DNA of 64,000 bases from assembly GCA_044225915.1 (NCBI GenBank), contig JBGAHZ010000028.1:24524-88523 (forward strand), written 5' to 3'. How positions within the stretch are numbered: the first letter of the stretch is position 1; each line of letters starts with the position of its first letter. Below the pieces are notes generated by a model. That model saw nothing but the letters and a program-made list of their open reading frames with translations, searched no databases and was not told where the DNA came from. This document shows, piece by piece, positions 1 to 9,881 of the stretch. The position numbers and the translations under genes are program-made. The DNA comes from Candidatus Obscuribacteraceae bacterium. GTDB taxonomy: Bacteria > Cyanobacteriota > Vampirovibrionia > Obscuribacterales > Obscuribacteraceae.

Positions 1-213
1 AAGGGCCGCGACGCCGAGATGTATCGTGCGCTGCGCCCGATGATGACCATCGACCCGATCTTCGATGCTGTCGCCGCCGACCCCAAGCCGGCGTCCCTGT
101 GGCAGTGGATCAAGAGCGTCTGGAAGTATCTCCAGCTCACTCACCCGCCTGTGCCCGAGCGTGTCGCTATGCTCGAGTACATGAACGGCGGTTCCTGCCC
201 CCGCATCGACTAG
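1..213 (+). CDS. 3' end of an upstream gene (hypothetical protein, C-terminal fragment)
   Basis: Frame 1 is open from base 1 and ends at the stop at 211-213. No recognisable motif in the 70 aa visible. Confidence 0.3.
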   Translation, partial: KGRDAEMYRALRPMMTIDPIFDAVAADPKPASLWQWIKSVWKYLQLTHPPVPERVAMLEYMNGGSCPRID

Positions 214-402
214 TTTCGCAACTGGGGCGGCAAGCGCGTTTCCGACCTGACGGTTGAAACGGCTTGCCGCTTCTGCGAAATTTTTCGCATCGGGCGACGC
301 CCTCGTTTTCTGCTGAGGATATCGGCGCGGTGGTATCACCACCGGTGCCGCGTCAAAGAACATAATGCGGAGGCTTTCAACCTTCGCAATCGGAGAACAA
401 CA

Positions 403-1452
403 ATGAGCCGATTCAATTACAGACCTGGCATGATTGCCGGGTTAGCGCTTATTGCTGTGTTTGCCCTGCCGCTTGCCGGCTGCAAGAAGGAGGAGGAGGC
501 GCCGCAGGTTCCACCTGCTGCGACCACTCCTGCGCAGCCCAAGTACATCGTCAAGGTCGTGCCCAAACCGGACGAGTCCGAAGAGCTCCAGCGTATCTAC
601 ACCTATCTCGAAGATGGGACGCTGGTGAAAGTCGAGATTCAGTTTCGTCAGGGCGGCCGGACGCAGCGGCAACTGTTCCGCCCGGATGGCTCGGTCAAGG
701 AGGTGCAGGAGTTGCACCCTTACACGACCAAGGTCCAATCGTCCACCGAGATGGCTGCCGATGGCACCACCAAGGTCGGACAGAAGACCTACCGCATCAG
801 TGGTGATCTGGACTCCAAAACGGAGTTCAAGGCTGATGGTTCGAGCAAGACGTTGCGTTATCGCAACGGCGGCTCGCGCGTACTGGCCGAAATCACGACT
901 GACACCGACGGCAAGAAGACCGGCGTCTTCTATCATGCTGACGGCAAGACGGTGTGGGCCAAGACCGTGGAGCTGAAAAACGGTGACTCGAAAGTCGAGA
1001 CCTTCCGTCTCGATGGCACGCGCGATCAGGACCGCGAGGTCTTTGTCGACCGCATGCTTGTCACCGTATACGGTGCCGACGGCAAAGCACAGTTCAAGCA
1101 GACGTGGAGTGGTTATCGCTCCGCGTACAGCTCCTATCGCTATTACACGCTCGAGAAAGTCGAGGAATTCAGCGCCGACGGCACCACCGTCAAGTGCATC
1201 CTCGAGTTCGAGCGGTACGGCAGGGGCAACGTCAAGAAAGCGACCGACATCGTCAACGGCAAGCCGAGCAAAGTTCGGACCTATCGTTGGGACGGTACGC
1301 TCGAGAGCGAGGAAATCTTCAACGCGGATGGCACCTCGAGGTTGGAGCGTCATGACTCTTCGGAGAATCTGAAGGACACTCATGATCCCGCCTGGAAGGT
1401 CGAACCGAAGTTCGACGATCCGCTAGTCGACAATCCCTCGCACTTCAACTAA
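403..1452 (+). CDS. Lipoprotein with MORN/YwqK-like 'DG(T/S)' beta-repeats
   Basis: N-terminus has a signal peptide with lipobox LAGC. A short 'x(A/P)DG(S/T)xK' turn motif recurs about 10 times. AGGAG-like RBS upstream (ggagaacaacaATG). Confidence 0.55.
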   Translation: MSRFNYRPGMIAGLALIAVFALPLAGCKKEEEAPQVPPAATTPAQPKYIVKVVPKPDESEELQRIYTYLEDGTLVKVEIQFRQGGRTQRQLFRPDGSVKEVQELHPYTTKVQSSTEMAADGTTKVGQKTYRISGDLDSKTEFKADGSSKTLRYRNGGSRVLAEITTDTDGKKTGVFYHADGKTVWAKTVELKNGDSKVETFRLDGTRDQDREVFVDRMLVTVYGADGKAQFKQTWSGYRSAYSSYRYYTLEKVEEFSADGTTVKCILEFERYGRGNVKKATDIVNGKPSKVRTYRWDGTLESEEIFNADGTSRLERHDSSENLKDTHDPAWKVEPKFDDPLVDNPSHFN

Positions 1453-1719
1453 GACCCTTCCCGGCTGTAACCGGGGAGTCCATCAACAGCAAAAAAGCAA
1501 AGCTGAGGTGAAACCGGCGCCCATGACGATCGCAGGAATGCGGTCCAGGCGCCGGTTTTCATTCACTGGAACAGGGACTTAACGGTCTGAGTTTCAGCGA
1601 AGAGCGTGGTCGGACTGATCCCGTCTCTTCTGGAAAACGGAGGCATGAATCTCTGGGTTCCCCTGAGCTTGCGCTGTTCGCGCGTCCACGCGTGCGGGCA
1701 GAACATCAGGAGCAACGCC

Positions 1720-3588
1720 ATGTCAGGCAAAAACAATAGGAAGTTGCTCGCCGTTTGTTCGGCGATCGCAATCACGTTTCTTTTCCTGCTGACAATGTTT
1801 AACCCCAACAGCAATGTTGGGCACAATCTTTTCGGACGATTCGTCCTCACTGGCGACACACCGTCGGTGGTGCAAAAGTCCAAACTCAACAACCACGCCG
1901 ACCCCAGCCAGACGATGCGTGTCGTCGTCGGGCTCAAGCTGCGTGACGAAGTCGGGCTCAACAAGCTGCTCGCCGATATCTACAATCCGACGTCGCCCAA
2001 TTACCGGAAGTATCTGACTCCGGACGACTTCGCGGCGCGCTTTTCGCCCACTGTGCAGGACGTCGACTTCGTGGTCGCGCACCTGCAGAGTCGGGGTCTG
2101 AAGATCATCAGCGTTTCACCCAACCGTACTCTGATCGAGACGGAAGGAACCGTCACTCAGCTGGAGAGGGTCTTCTCGGTCACCATCAACCAGTACACGA
2201 TCACGCTGCCGAACGGTACGACGAAGCAGTATCTGTCGAACGATCGGGATCCGGCACTGCCGGCTCGGCTGTCGCAGATCGTTGAGTCGATCATGGGGCT
2301 CGACACTTTCGCCGAGTTCGAGAGCCGCATGCGCCGCAAGGATCCGGATCCGGCACCTGCGCCTGCACCCGCGGTGAGCACACCGAGCGGTTTCTCCCCG
2401 CAGGATATCGCTACGGTCTATGAGTATCCCACTGCCAACAACAAGAACATCAAAGGCACCAAACTTAGTGGCGCGGGCAAGACAATCGCCATCGCTACTG
2501 CCGAGGGATACGACCAGAAGGACGTCGATGCCTACTGGAAGCACTACAAGATCGTCCGTACCGGCAAGGTGATCGACGTCCCTATCAACGGGACTACCAC
2601 CAAGACCAACGACGAGACGACGCTTGACCTGCAGACGGCGAGCTCGCAGGCTCCCGGCGCCGACATCATGATGTACATGGGTGCAGACGCCAAGTTTACG
2701 ACTTTCACCAAGGTGTTCAATCAGGTGGTCACCGATAACAAGGCTGACGTCATGACGATTAGCTGGGGGCTCTGCGAAGAGCATACCGGCACTCGCCAGA
2801 TGAAGTCGGAACACAACATCTTCAAGCAAGCTGCCGCTCAGGGTATCGCCGTTTTCGCCGCTGCCGGCGACGATGGTGCCTATGACTGCAAGCATGACGA
2901 GGAAGAGGACGGTGGCAAGGACAAGGACGGCAAACCGACCAAGAAGCCGGTGCTCAAGCTGTCCGTCGACTATCCCTCATCCGACCCGTATGTCACCGCA
3001 GTTGGTGGCACGACCTTGTACACCTCTTCGGGTGGCAAGCGTTCGGGCGAATGGGCCTGGACGGGCGGCGGCGGCGGTGTCTCAGGGCAGTGGTCGCGTG
3101 AAGCCTGGCAGAAAGGACCTGGTGTCCCAGCCGGCGACATGCGCGTCACTTCCGACGTGTCGCTCAACGCGTCACCGATGACAGCCTATTCGTTCTACTT
3201 CAAGGGCAAGTGGGAAGCCTGGGGCGGCACTTCCGTGTCAGCACCGGCGTGGGCTGCCCTCTGGGCGGTAATAGACGAAGCGGCGGGCACTCGCATCGGC
3301 ATGCCGGTCGAGACGCTCTATCGTGTCGGCGATTCCACGGACTATAAGTCCACCTTCCACGACATCACATCCGGTGACAACGGTGACTATCGTGGTCCCG
3401 GATACAAAGCCGGAGACAACTGGGATCATCCCACGGGTTGGGGCGTTCCTAAGGGCGAGGCGCTCAAGGACTGGATCGTCAGCGACCAGCTCAAGAACAA
3501 GCAGTCGAACAACGCTCCGTCTGAGCCGCCTCAGTCGACGGCTCCGCCTGCGAAGTCCGAACCGGAACTCGTGCCGGAGAGGAAGTAG
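1720..3588 (+). CDS. Secreted S53-family serine peptidase (sedolisin/kumamolisin-like) with pro-kumamolisin activation domain
   Basis: AGGAG lies 8 nt before the ATG at 1720. There is an N-terminal hydrophobic signal and a propeptide-like region (…LKLRDEVGLNKLLADIYNPTSPNYRKYLTPDDF…). Catalytic-domain motifs are SWGLCEEH, AAAGDDGAYDC and the GGTSVSAPAWAAL serine motif. Confidence 0.75.
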   Translation: MSGKNNRKLLAVCSAIAITFLFLLTMFNPNSNVGHNLFGRFVLTGDTPSVVQKSKLNNHADPSQTMRVVVGLKLRDEVGLNKLLADIYNPTSPNYRKYLTPDDFAARFSPTVQDVDFVVAHLQSRGLKIISVSPNRTLIETEGTVTQLERVFSVTINQYTITLPNGTTKQYLSNDRDPALPARLSQIVESIMGLDTFAEFESRMRRKDPDPAPAPAPAVSTPSGFSPQDIATVYEYPTANNKNIKGTKLSGAGKTIAIATAEGYDQKDVDAYWKHYKIVRTGKVIDVPINGTTTKTNDETTLDLQTASSQAPGADIMMYMGADAKFTTFTKVFNQVVTDNKADVMTISWGLCEEHTGTRQMKSEHNIFKQAAAQGIAVFAAAGDDGAYDCKHDEEEDGGKDKDGKPTKKPVLKLSVDYPSSDPYVTAVGGTTLYTSSGGKRSGEWAWTGGGGGVSGQWSREAWQKGPGVPAGDMRVTSDVSLNASPMTAYSFYFKGKWEAWGGTSVSAPAWAALWAVIDEAAGTRIGMPVETLYRVGDSTDYKSTFHDITSGDNGDYRGPGYKAGDNWDHPTGWGVPKGEALKDWIVSDQLKNKQSNNAPSEPPQSTAPPAKSEPELVPERK

Positions 3589-3642
3589 TCGAAGTTTCAG
3601 CCGTCCGAAAGGAATTGGCTGGCGCGGAAACTGGCGGGTTTA

Positions 3643-3682
3643 GAAGCAGGCTGGAAGCCTGCGCTCCCAGGATCCGTATCGG
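3643..3682. repeat. Solitary copy of the REP-like palindromic unit that forms the array at 27063-27318
   Basis: gcaggctggaagcctgcgctcccaggatccgtatc matches the array unit with one mismatch. It contains the hairpin gcaggct-gga-agcctgc. It sits just 3' of the S53 gene. Confidence 0.55.
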
Positions 3683-3854
3683 CAGGCTCTGCACAGAAAC
3701 GGGGCCATGGCTTTGCGCGGAAAACAGGGCACCGCGTCGACCGATGTTTGCATCGACTGAAGCGGCGGTGCCCCTGTGGTTCTTTCGTTCCGGCGGCAGC
3801 GCAGCTGACCGCTAACTCCAAGAAAACAAAACCAATAAGATTGGGGAAGATACC

Positions 3855-4577
3855 TTGAAACCACTCATTGCACTCAACTGCGAGATCGACACGACCGGCA
3901 CCGGGAAGGTTCGAGTCAATCGAACCTACGTGGAGGCCATTCGTCTGTCCGGCGGCATTCCGCTGCCTATCGCACCGCAGGCAACCAGGGACGTGAAACA
4001 GCTTCTCGCCCTCGCCAGCGGCTTTGTTTTTATCGGGGGCAACGACTACTCGCCGGCTCGTTTCGGTGAGGAACAGCACCCGTCGGTGACGCTCTGCCAT
4101 CCGATTCGCGAGGAGTTCGACTTCCGGCTCATGCGCCTGGCTCTCGAAGCTCGCGATAGCGATGGTCAACCCAAACCCATCCTGGCCATCTGTGCCGGGC
4201 TGCAGTTGCTCAACATTCACCTGGGCGGTTCTTTGCACCAGGACATTGAGTCGCTCAAGCCAGGTCATGGGCTGTTGCATCGCAACCGCGAAGTGACGGC
4301 GCGGCATCCGGTCAACCTCTCGACCGGGAGCCAGTTGCGGAAGATCTATCGCGCCGCCAAAGTCGAGCGACCGATCAGTTCGCATCATCAGTGCATCAAC
4401 CGGTTGGGCGACAACCTCGCTATCACCGGAATGTCGGACGACGGCATCGTCGAGGCGGTCGAACACCTGCACAGGCAGTTCACCATTGGCGTGCAGTGGC
4501 ATCCGGAAGCCGATTACGACGGCAGCGCCAGGCTGTTCCGCGCGCTGATTCGCCGAGCTCGGCAAATCAATCTGTAG
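3855..4577 (+). CDS. Peptidase C26 / gamma-glutamyl-gamma-aminobutyrate hydrolase-like class I glutamine amidotransferase-like protein
   Basis: TTG start. Nucleophile elbow AICAGLQLLN and an HHQ near the C-terminus (SSHHQCINRL). Length is typical for the PuuD/C26 family. Confidence 0.6.
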   Translation: MKPLIALNCEIDTTGTGKVRVNRTYVEAIRLSGGIPLPIAPQATRDVKQLLALASGFVFIGGNDYSPARFGEEQHPSVTLCHPIREEFDFRLMRLALEARDSDGQPKPILAICAGLQLLNIHLGGSLHQDIESLKPGHGLLHRNREVTARHPVNLSTGSQLRKIYRAAKVERPISSHHQCINRLGDNLAITGMSDDGIVEAVEHLHRQFTIGVQWHPEADYDGSARLFRALIRRARQINL

Positions 4578-4590
4578 ACCTCGACGCTTA

Positions 4591-4622
4591 CCGACTGTTC
4601 GCGACTAGTTCCGAACAGTCGG
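4591..4622 (+). terminator. Hairpin 3' of the C26 gene (11-bp stem ccgactgttcg/cgaacagtcgg)
   Basis: Perfect 11-bp inverted repeat starting 14 nt after the stop. No U-tract follows, so this may be an intrinsic terminator or an RNA-stability element. Confidence 0.3.
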
Positions 4623-5073
4623 TGAGTGACGACAAGTGATGGCTCCCGCGAACCGGAGCTAGCGCGACTGCGCTGGACACGAGTTTTGTAAACGAGTGTC
4701 ACGCGCGCGACCGTTATCGAAACTAGCACCAACGTTTAAACCTCATAGAGCTTAGGTTTTGAGCATCGCCTTCGGGCGTGCGATCAACTTAACAAGCTTT
4801 ACATGTAAACTAAAGCTTGTGTGGGGCTCACATGTGGTGCTAGACCAGGTTATCACTTGACAAGTTTTTCTCAGAAGGTATTCAGGTCCTCAGCACAGGA
4901 AATCCAAACCGATTCCGTCAGCTGTAACTCATCGGCTCTGTGCCGTGACCTGGACCGACTGAGTCTTCTTTCTAGGTTCGCTACCCACCTACCTGTCCTG
5001 TCCGCGTTCGATGACGCGAACAGTGATGACAGGTTTCACTCAATCCGAAACCAAACGGAAGGACGTGCTTCAA

Positions 5074-6525
5074 ATGAAACTTAGCTCGATCGAAAACCAG
5101 CTTTCCAGCCTGTTCGGGGTGACCGCGAGTCAGCTCGACCGGGTTATCAGCGGTGCCGTCAAGGACCGTCTCAACGTCGGCGCGTTCTGCGATGTCTACC
5201 TCCAGGGTGGCACTCAGCAGGACCTCGTCTGGGACCAGGGGCTCCTCAAGCGCACCAGTTGTGCGGTCGTGAAGGGCGCCGGCGTCCGTGTCGTCATCGG
5301 CGACAAGACCGGCTACTCCTACACCGACCACCTCAACTTCACCAACCTGCGCAAGGCCGCCAAGGTCGCTCGCGCCATCGCCGACCACACGTCGGATGTG
5401 CCCGCGCAGGAGATCGTCGGACCGTCCGGCGCTCCGCACAACCTCTACCCGATTGGCGCCACGCCGATCGACGTCGAACTTTCCGACAAGATCGCGCTCA
5501 TGCGTGCGATCGATGCTGCGGCTCGCGCCTATGACCCGCGCATCAAGAACGTCACCGTCTCGCTCGGTGTCGAGGACTACAACATCGTGATCGCCACCTC
5601 GCTCGACCAGGTCATCCTGGACAATCGTCCGCTGGTGCGCATCTCGGTGTCCTGCCTCGCCGAAGAGAACGGTCGCAAGGAACAGGGCAGCTCGGGCGGC
5701 GGTGGTCGTTACGAGTTCGGCTTCTTCACCGATCTCGATCGCTGGAAGAAGCATGCTCTCGATGCCGCCAAGGAAGCGGTCGACATGCTGTCTGCGGTTC
5801 CCGCCCCTGCCGGCGAGATGACCGTCGTTCTCGGGCCGGGTTGGCCGGGCGTCCTCATTCACGAGGCGGTCGGACACGGTCTGGAAGGCGACTTCAACCG
5901 CAAGGGCACGTCGGCGTTCAGCAAGCTCATGGGTCAGCAGGTCGCGTCGCCGCTGGTGACCGTCGTCGACGAGGGCATCCTGCCCGGTCGCCGCGGTTCG
6001 CTCAACGTGGACGACGAAGGCACGCCGACGCAGAGCACCGTGCTGATCGAGAACGGCATCCTCAAGGGCTACATGCAGGACCGCATGAACGCGGGCCTGA
6101 TGGGCGTGGCCTCGACCGGCAACTGCCGTCGCGAGAGCTACAAGCACGCGCCGATGCCCCGCATGACCAACACCTACATGGCCGGCGGCAAGCAGACGCA
6201 CGAGGAGATCATCCGCTCCGTCAAGCGCGGCATCTTCGCCACCACCTTCGGTGGCGGTCAGGTCGACATCACCAACGGCAACTTCACCTTCAGCGCTCGT
6301 GGCGCCTACCTCATCGAGGACGGCAAGCTCACGACGCCCGTCAAGGGTGCCACTCTGATCGGCAACGGTCCGAAGGCGCTCCACAAGGTGTCGATGGTCG
6401 GCAACGATATGGCTCTCGATGAGGGCATCGGAACTTGCGGTAAGGCCGGTCAGGGCGTACCTGTCGGCGTGGGCATGCCCACCGTCCGCATCGAAGATGT
6501 CACCGTCGGCGGCACTGGACGCTAA
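5074..6525 (+). CDS. tldD: Metalloprotease TldD
   Basis: HEAVGHGLEGDF zinc-binding motif, a GGGQVD… C-terminal region and a length near 480 aa. A GGAAGGA-type RBS precedes the ATG at 5074. The ORF track's upstream extension is unlikely to be real. Confidence 0.85.
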   Translation: MKLSSIENQLSSLFGVTASQLDRVISGAVKDRLNVGAFCDVYLQGGTQQDLVWDQGLLKRTSCAVVKGAGVRVVIGDKTGYSYTDHLNFTNLRKAAKVARAIADHTSDVPAQEIVGPSGAPHNLYPIGATPIDVELSDKIALMRAIDAAARAYDPRIKNVTVSLGVEDYNIVIATSLDQVILDNRPLVRISVSCLAEENGRKEQGSSGGGGRYEFGFFTDLDRWKKHALDAAKEAVDMLSAVPAPAGEMTVVLGPGWPGVLIHEAVGHGLEGDFNRKGTSAFSKLMGQQVASPLVTVVDEGILPGRRGSLNVDDEGTPTQSTVLIENGILKGYMQDRMNAGLMGVASTGNCRRESYKHAPMPRMTNTYMAGGKQTHEEIIRSVKRGIFATTFGGGQVDITNGNFTFSARGAYLIEDGKLTTPVKGATLIGNGPKALHKVSMVGNDMALDEGIGTCGKAGQGVPVGVGMPTVRIEDVTVGGTGR

Positions 6526-6538
6526 GGAGAATACGAAC

Positions 6539-7873
6539 ATGTCTAACATGAACACTCAGAAGCTGGAAAGCTTGGCATCGTTTGTCGTCTCCGAAGCCAA
6601 ACGGCTCGGCGCGACGGACTGTGACGTTGCGATCTCGGAATCCGAATCCGTCGCCTGCGGCGTGCGGCTCACCGAGGTCGAAGAACTCCAGGGCGCCCAG
6701 GATCGCAGCCTGCGATTCCGTGCTCTGGTCGGCAAGAATGCAGCGACGACTTCGACGACGGACTTCCGTCGCCGGTCGCTGACCAAGATGGTGCGTGACA
6801 CCATCGCAATGGCGAAGGCTTCGGAACCCGACGAGTTCGTCGGCATGCCGGAAGCGCATCAGTTCGCCAAGGCCACCGCCGCGTCCCTCAACCTCTTCGA
6901 CGAGGGGCTCGCCAAGGTCGACGTCAACACCAAGATCGCGATCGCGGCCAAGGCGGAAGCTGCGGCTCGTGGTGCCGATCCGCGCGTCACCAACTCCGAG
7001 GGCGGCAGCTTCTCGGACAGCCGGGGCATGGTCGTCCTGGCCAACTCGCGTGGCTTCCTCGGAAGCTATGCGGCTACCCGCTGCTCGATCGGCGCCGGCA
7101 TCGTGGCGTCCGAAGACGGCAACGCCATGCAGACCGGAAGCTGGTCGGCCTCCAGCCGCACCTTCGCCGGTCTGGATTCGCCGGAATCGGTCGGTGTGGA
7201 AGCGGCTCGCCGTGCGATCCGCCACCTCGGCGCCCGCAAGGTCAAGTCGCAGGAAGTGCCGGTCGTGTTCGACCAGCTCATGGCTGCGCGTCTGCTCGGT
7301 CAGTTCGTCGGCGCCGCTCACGCGTCCCACGTGTACCGCGGCAGCTCGTTCCTCGCCGGCAAGGTCGGTGAGGTCGTCGCGGTTCCGGAGCTCGTCATCG
7401 TCGATGATGGCATGATTCCGGGCGGGCTCGGTTCGCGTCCGTTCGACGGCGAAGGTCTGCCGACCACGCGTCGCGTGCTGGTCAAGGACGGGAAGCTGCA
7501 GTGCTATCTGGTCGACTCCTACGCTGGGCGCAAGCTCGGTCTGGAACCGAACAGCGGCTCGACCTGCAACCTGTTCATCGAAGCCGGCAAGCACACCGCC
7601 GAGGAGATCATCGCCACCGTCGACAACGGTCTCTACCTGACGTCGGTCTCCGGCCCCGGCTTCAACGCCGTGACGGGTGACTACTCGATGGGTGCCTCCG
7701 GCATCTGGATCGAGAACGGCAAGCTCGCCTACCCGGTCGACGAAATCACCGTCGCCGGCAACGTCCTCGAGATGTTCAAGAACATCGAGATGATCGGCAG
7801 CGACCTGGTCTTCCGCTCGAGCACCTGCTCGCCGACCCTCAAGATCGGCAAGATGATGGTGGCGGGTTCGTAA
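6539..7873 (+). CDS. pmbA: Metalloprotease PmbA/TldE (TldD partner)
   Basis: AAGGAGA RBS before the ATG at 6539, which lies 13 nt after the tldD stop. PmbA-type N-terminus (…LESLASFVVSEAKRLGATDCDVAISESES…), length about 445 aa, and the conserved tldD-pmbA gene order. Confidence 0.8.
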   Translation: MSNMNTQKLESLASFVVSEAKRLGATDCDVAISESESVACGVRLTEVEELQGAQDRSLRFRALVGKNAATTSTTDFRRRSLTKMVRDTIAMAKASEPDEFVGMPEAHQFAKATAASLNLFDEGLAKVDVNTKIAIAAKAEAAARGADPRVTNSEGGSFSDSRGMVVLANSRGFLGSYAATRCSIGAGIVASEDGNAMQTGSWSASSRTFAGLDSPESVGVEAARRAIRHLGARKVKSQEVPVVFDQLMAARLLGQFVGAAHASHVYRGSSFLAGKVGEVVAVPELVIVDDGMIPGGLGSRPFDGEGLPTTRRVLVKDGKLQCYLVDSYAGRKLGLEPNSGSTCNLFIEAGKHTAEEIIATVDNGLYLTSVSGPGFNAVTGDYSMGASGIWIENGKLAYPVDEITVAGNVLEMFKNIEMIGSDLVFRSSTCSPTLKIGKMMVAGS

Positions 7874-8223
7874 GTCGTAGTTCGATCGAGTCAACCTGAG
7901 CTTGCAGGCTCGGTCGATTCGAAAGAACGGCAGGACAGTTTGTCAGTCTGAAACTCACGGTAGTTAACATCTGGTCTAATGGAAGCCTCGTCAGGCTTCT
8001 GTCGAGGCACGGATGCCGGAGCGTTTAGATAAAGCGAACTGAAACTTTGTAGCGGTCAGCCTCAACGGTCGACCGTTACACGAAGTGCGCAAAGCGGGCC
8101 AAAAGCCTGTTTTGCCGCACTTCGGCTTCGGTGTTAAACTATTAGATGGAATAGTATAAAAATGGAATTCGGTAATCGGAAAATTCAGGCAAATGTTCAA
8201 TCTAATAAAACCCGGAACATCCG

Positions 8224-9681
8224 TTAAATGAACGAACGGCAGACTTCATTGAAGTATTTCTGAAACAGTGCCAAATGCATTTTGAAAACACCGTTTTCTT
8301 TCATCTCGAATTTTCTGTGATTAGGATCATCAGCCATTGAAAATGTGTCAGAGTGTGACCCATGCGGGTTTCGAATAGTGACCATATTGCTGGCGGGATC
8401 AAAACCGATGATCGTGTACGCGTGTTGTGGAACCACCAATTCTTCGTATGAGCCAAGATGCGAAGCATTCCAAGTTCCGCATACGATGGGATTTTTCGAC
8501 GAAATCGCGCCGCCAATGAATGCGGATAATTCTTGAATTTCCGTGCTGTATGGACGGAGTGATTGAGCCTTGCAGCCGGTTATGCAACCCAGTCCTATAG
8601 CCAATCTCGACTCCACTCCGCTTTCTCCTTCGGCTCCTCTATTGTTTGGAAACTTCATCACTTGCGCGCACTCTATCAACGATGCCCAGAGGGCTCTGTC
8701 GTTGATGTGCCGCTCTTTCATGACTTGTTCCGTGATTTTGTATTCGGTGCCATCGCCCGGAAAGCGTACAACGTAAGTGCCGGGACCGCCAATCTTAATC
8801 ATACTCGCGAGCAGCCTCTGTCCGCGGGGCAGGTCGGCTAATGAAGCCATCGATGCCTCAAACCAACAGTTCGGATTGAAACCTTGATCGATGCCATTGG
8901 AGCCGTCCTTGGCTATGTCCGCTGTCGAGAATGGATAGGCGCCGATTCTGAGGGAGTTGTCGATTGCGAATTTGTGTCGTTTGCTCGCGACCATACTAAT
9001 TTTCGTTGAGCTCAACTCATCATCGTCGTCGTCCTCGTCTGCTTTATTGGTCGTTAATTTTGCACCGGCGGTACCGCTGGCGGTGGCAACTGCGCCGGCC
9101 TTCCAATGTGCCATGAGTCTATTGTTATAGTCGTCGATAGCGCGTTTTAACGCCAGTTTGCCGGCTGGAGTGTGCATGTTCGACTTTGCGTCAGGCGCCA
9201 AATTTGCCCAGAAATCGGCTGGCAGAGTCTCCTCCGTCAGTAACTTCGGCGGATTAGACCTGGTGGTTCCTGCTGATGCCACCGTTCGAGCTGCATCGTC
9301 TTCGAAGATCTTCTTGCACAGCGCTGCTTCTTGATTGCCGCTGAAGTTGTTAATGACGTAATAACAAAGCTGCTTGGCTCGCTCTCTTCGATTAGCCTTC
9401 ATGTTTGCCAATGCGGCATAGTAGTACAAACGCCCCGATGGTTTGCTTGACTTAATCACCGTTTCAAACGCGTCGGCAGACTCGACAAAACGCCCGGCGC
9501 CATAAAGTGCCCATGCGCTTTGCGCTGTAGGAGTTACTGCTGTTCTAGCGCCTCCGTCAGCCGCTTCCACCGAGTGCGAGGCACACAGAAGCGCTGCAGC
9601 GAGGAGTAGTGACGCAATCGGCTTGCCTGATGATGAACGGTTTTGCGGCGTACGAATGACCGAATGATTTGAATGTTTCAC
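8224..9681 (-). CDS. Secreted calpain-like cysteine protease (peptidase C2-like) with an N-terminal TPR-like region
   Basis: Signal peptide. Catalytic Cys context QGFNPNCWFEASMASLA, His context PQHAYTIIGFD and Asn context TIRNPHG resemble the calpain Cys/His/Asn triad motifs. Confidence 0.55.
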   Translation of the reverse strand: MKHSNHSVIRTPQNRSSSGKPIASLLLAAALLCASHSVEAADGGARTAVTPTAQSAWALYGAGRFVESADAFETVIKSSKPSGRLYYYAALANMKANRRERAKQLCYYVINNFSGNQEAALCKKIFEDDAARTVASAGTTRSNPPKLLTEETLPADFWANLAPDAKSNMHTPAGKLALKRAIDDYNNRLMAHWKAGAVATASGTAGAKLTTNKADEDDDDDELSSTKISMVASKRHKFAIDNSLRIGAYPFSTADIAKDGSNGIDQGFNPNCWFEASMASLADLPRGQRLLASMIKIGGPGTYVVRFPGDGTEYKITEQVMKERHINDRALWASLIECAQVMKFPNNRGAEGESGVESRLAIGLGCITGCKAQSLRPYSTEIQELSAFIGGAISSKNPIVCGTWNASHLGSYEELVVPQHAYTIIGFDPASNMVTIRNPHGSHSDTFSMADDPNHRKFEMKENGVFKMHLALFQKYFNEVCRSFI

Positions 9682-9881
9682 TGTTACTCCAGGAGCGACT
9701 TGGAGATCTATTTGACACGTATTTATTTTAATCAGTTTCTGAAACTAATACATCCGCCGCATCCCCGGAAATTAATTTTGCACAGGTAGCTGCATTCGAG
9801 TTATTTCTGGTATTCCAAACCGACAAAGTTTGCCGAAATGCAACGGTTTCTACTATCACGTTGGTTGACTAAACTAATATC

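Noticed and set aside
442-7894. Long antisense or overlapping ORFs (442-1383 -, 3597-4565 -, 4981-6555 -, 6500-7894 -, and similar)
   Set aside because: These are typical GC-rich mirror-frame artefacts opposite well-supported genes (lipoprotein, C26, tldD, pmbA), with Arg/Ala/Gly-rich composition and no motifs.
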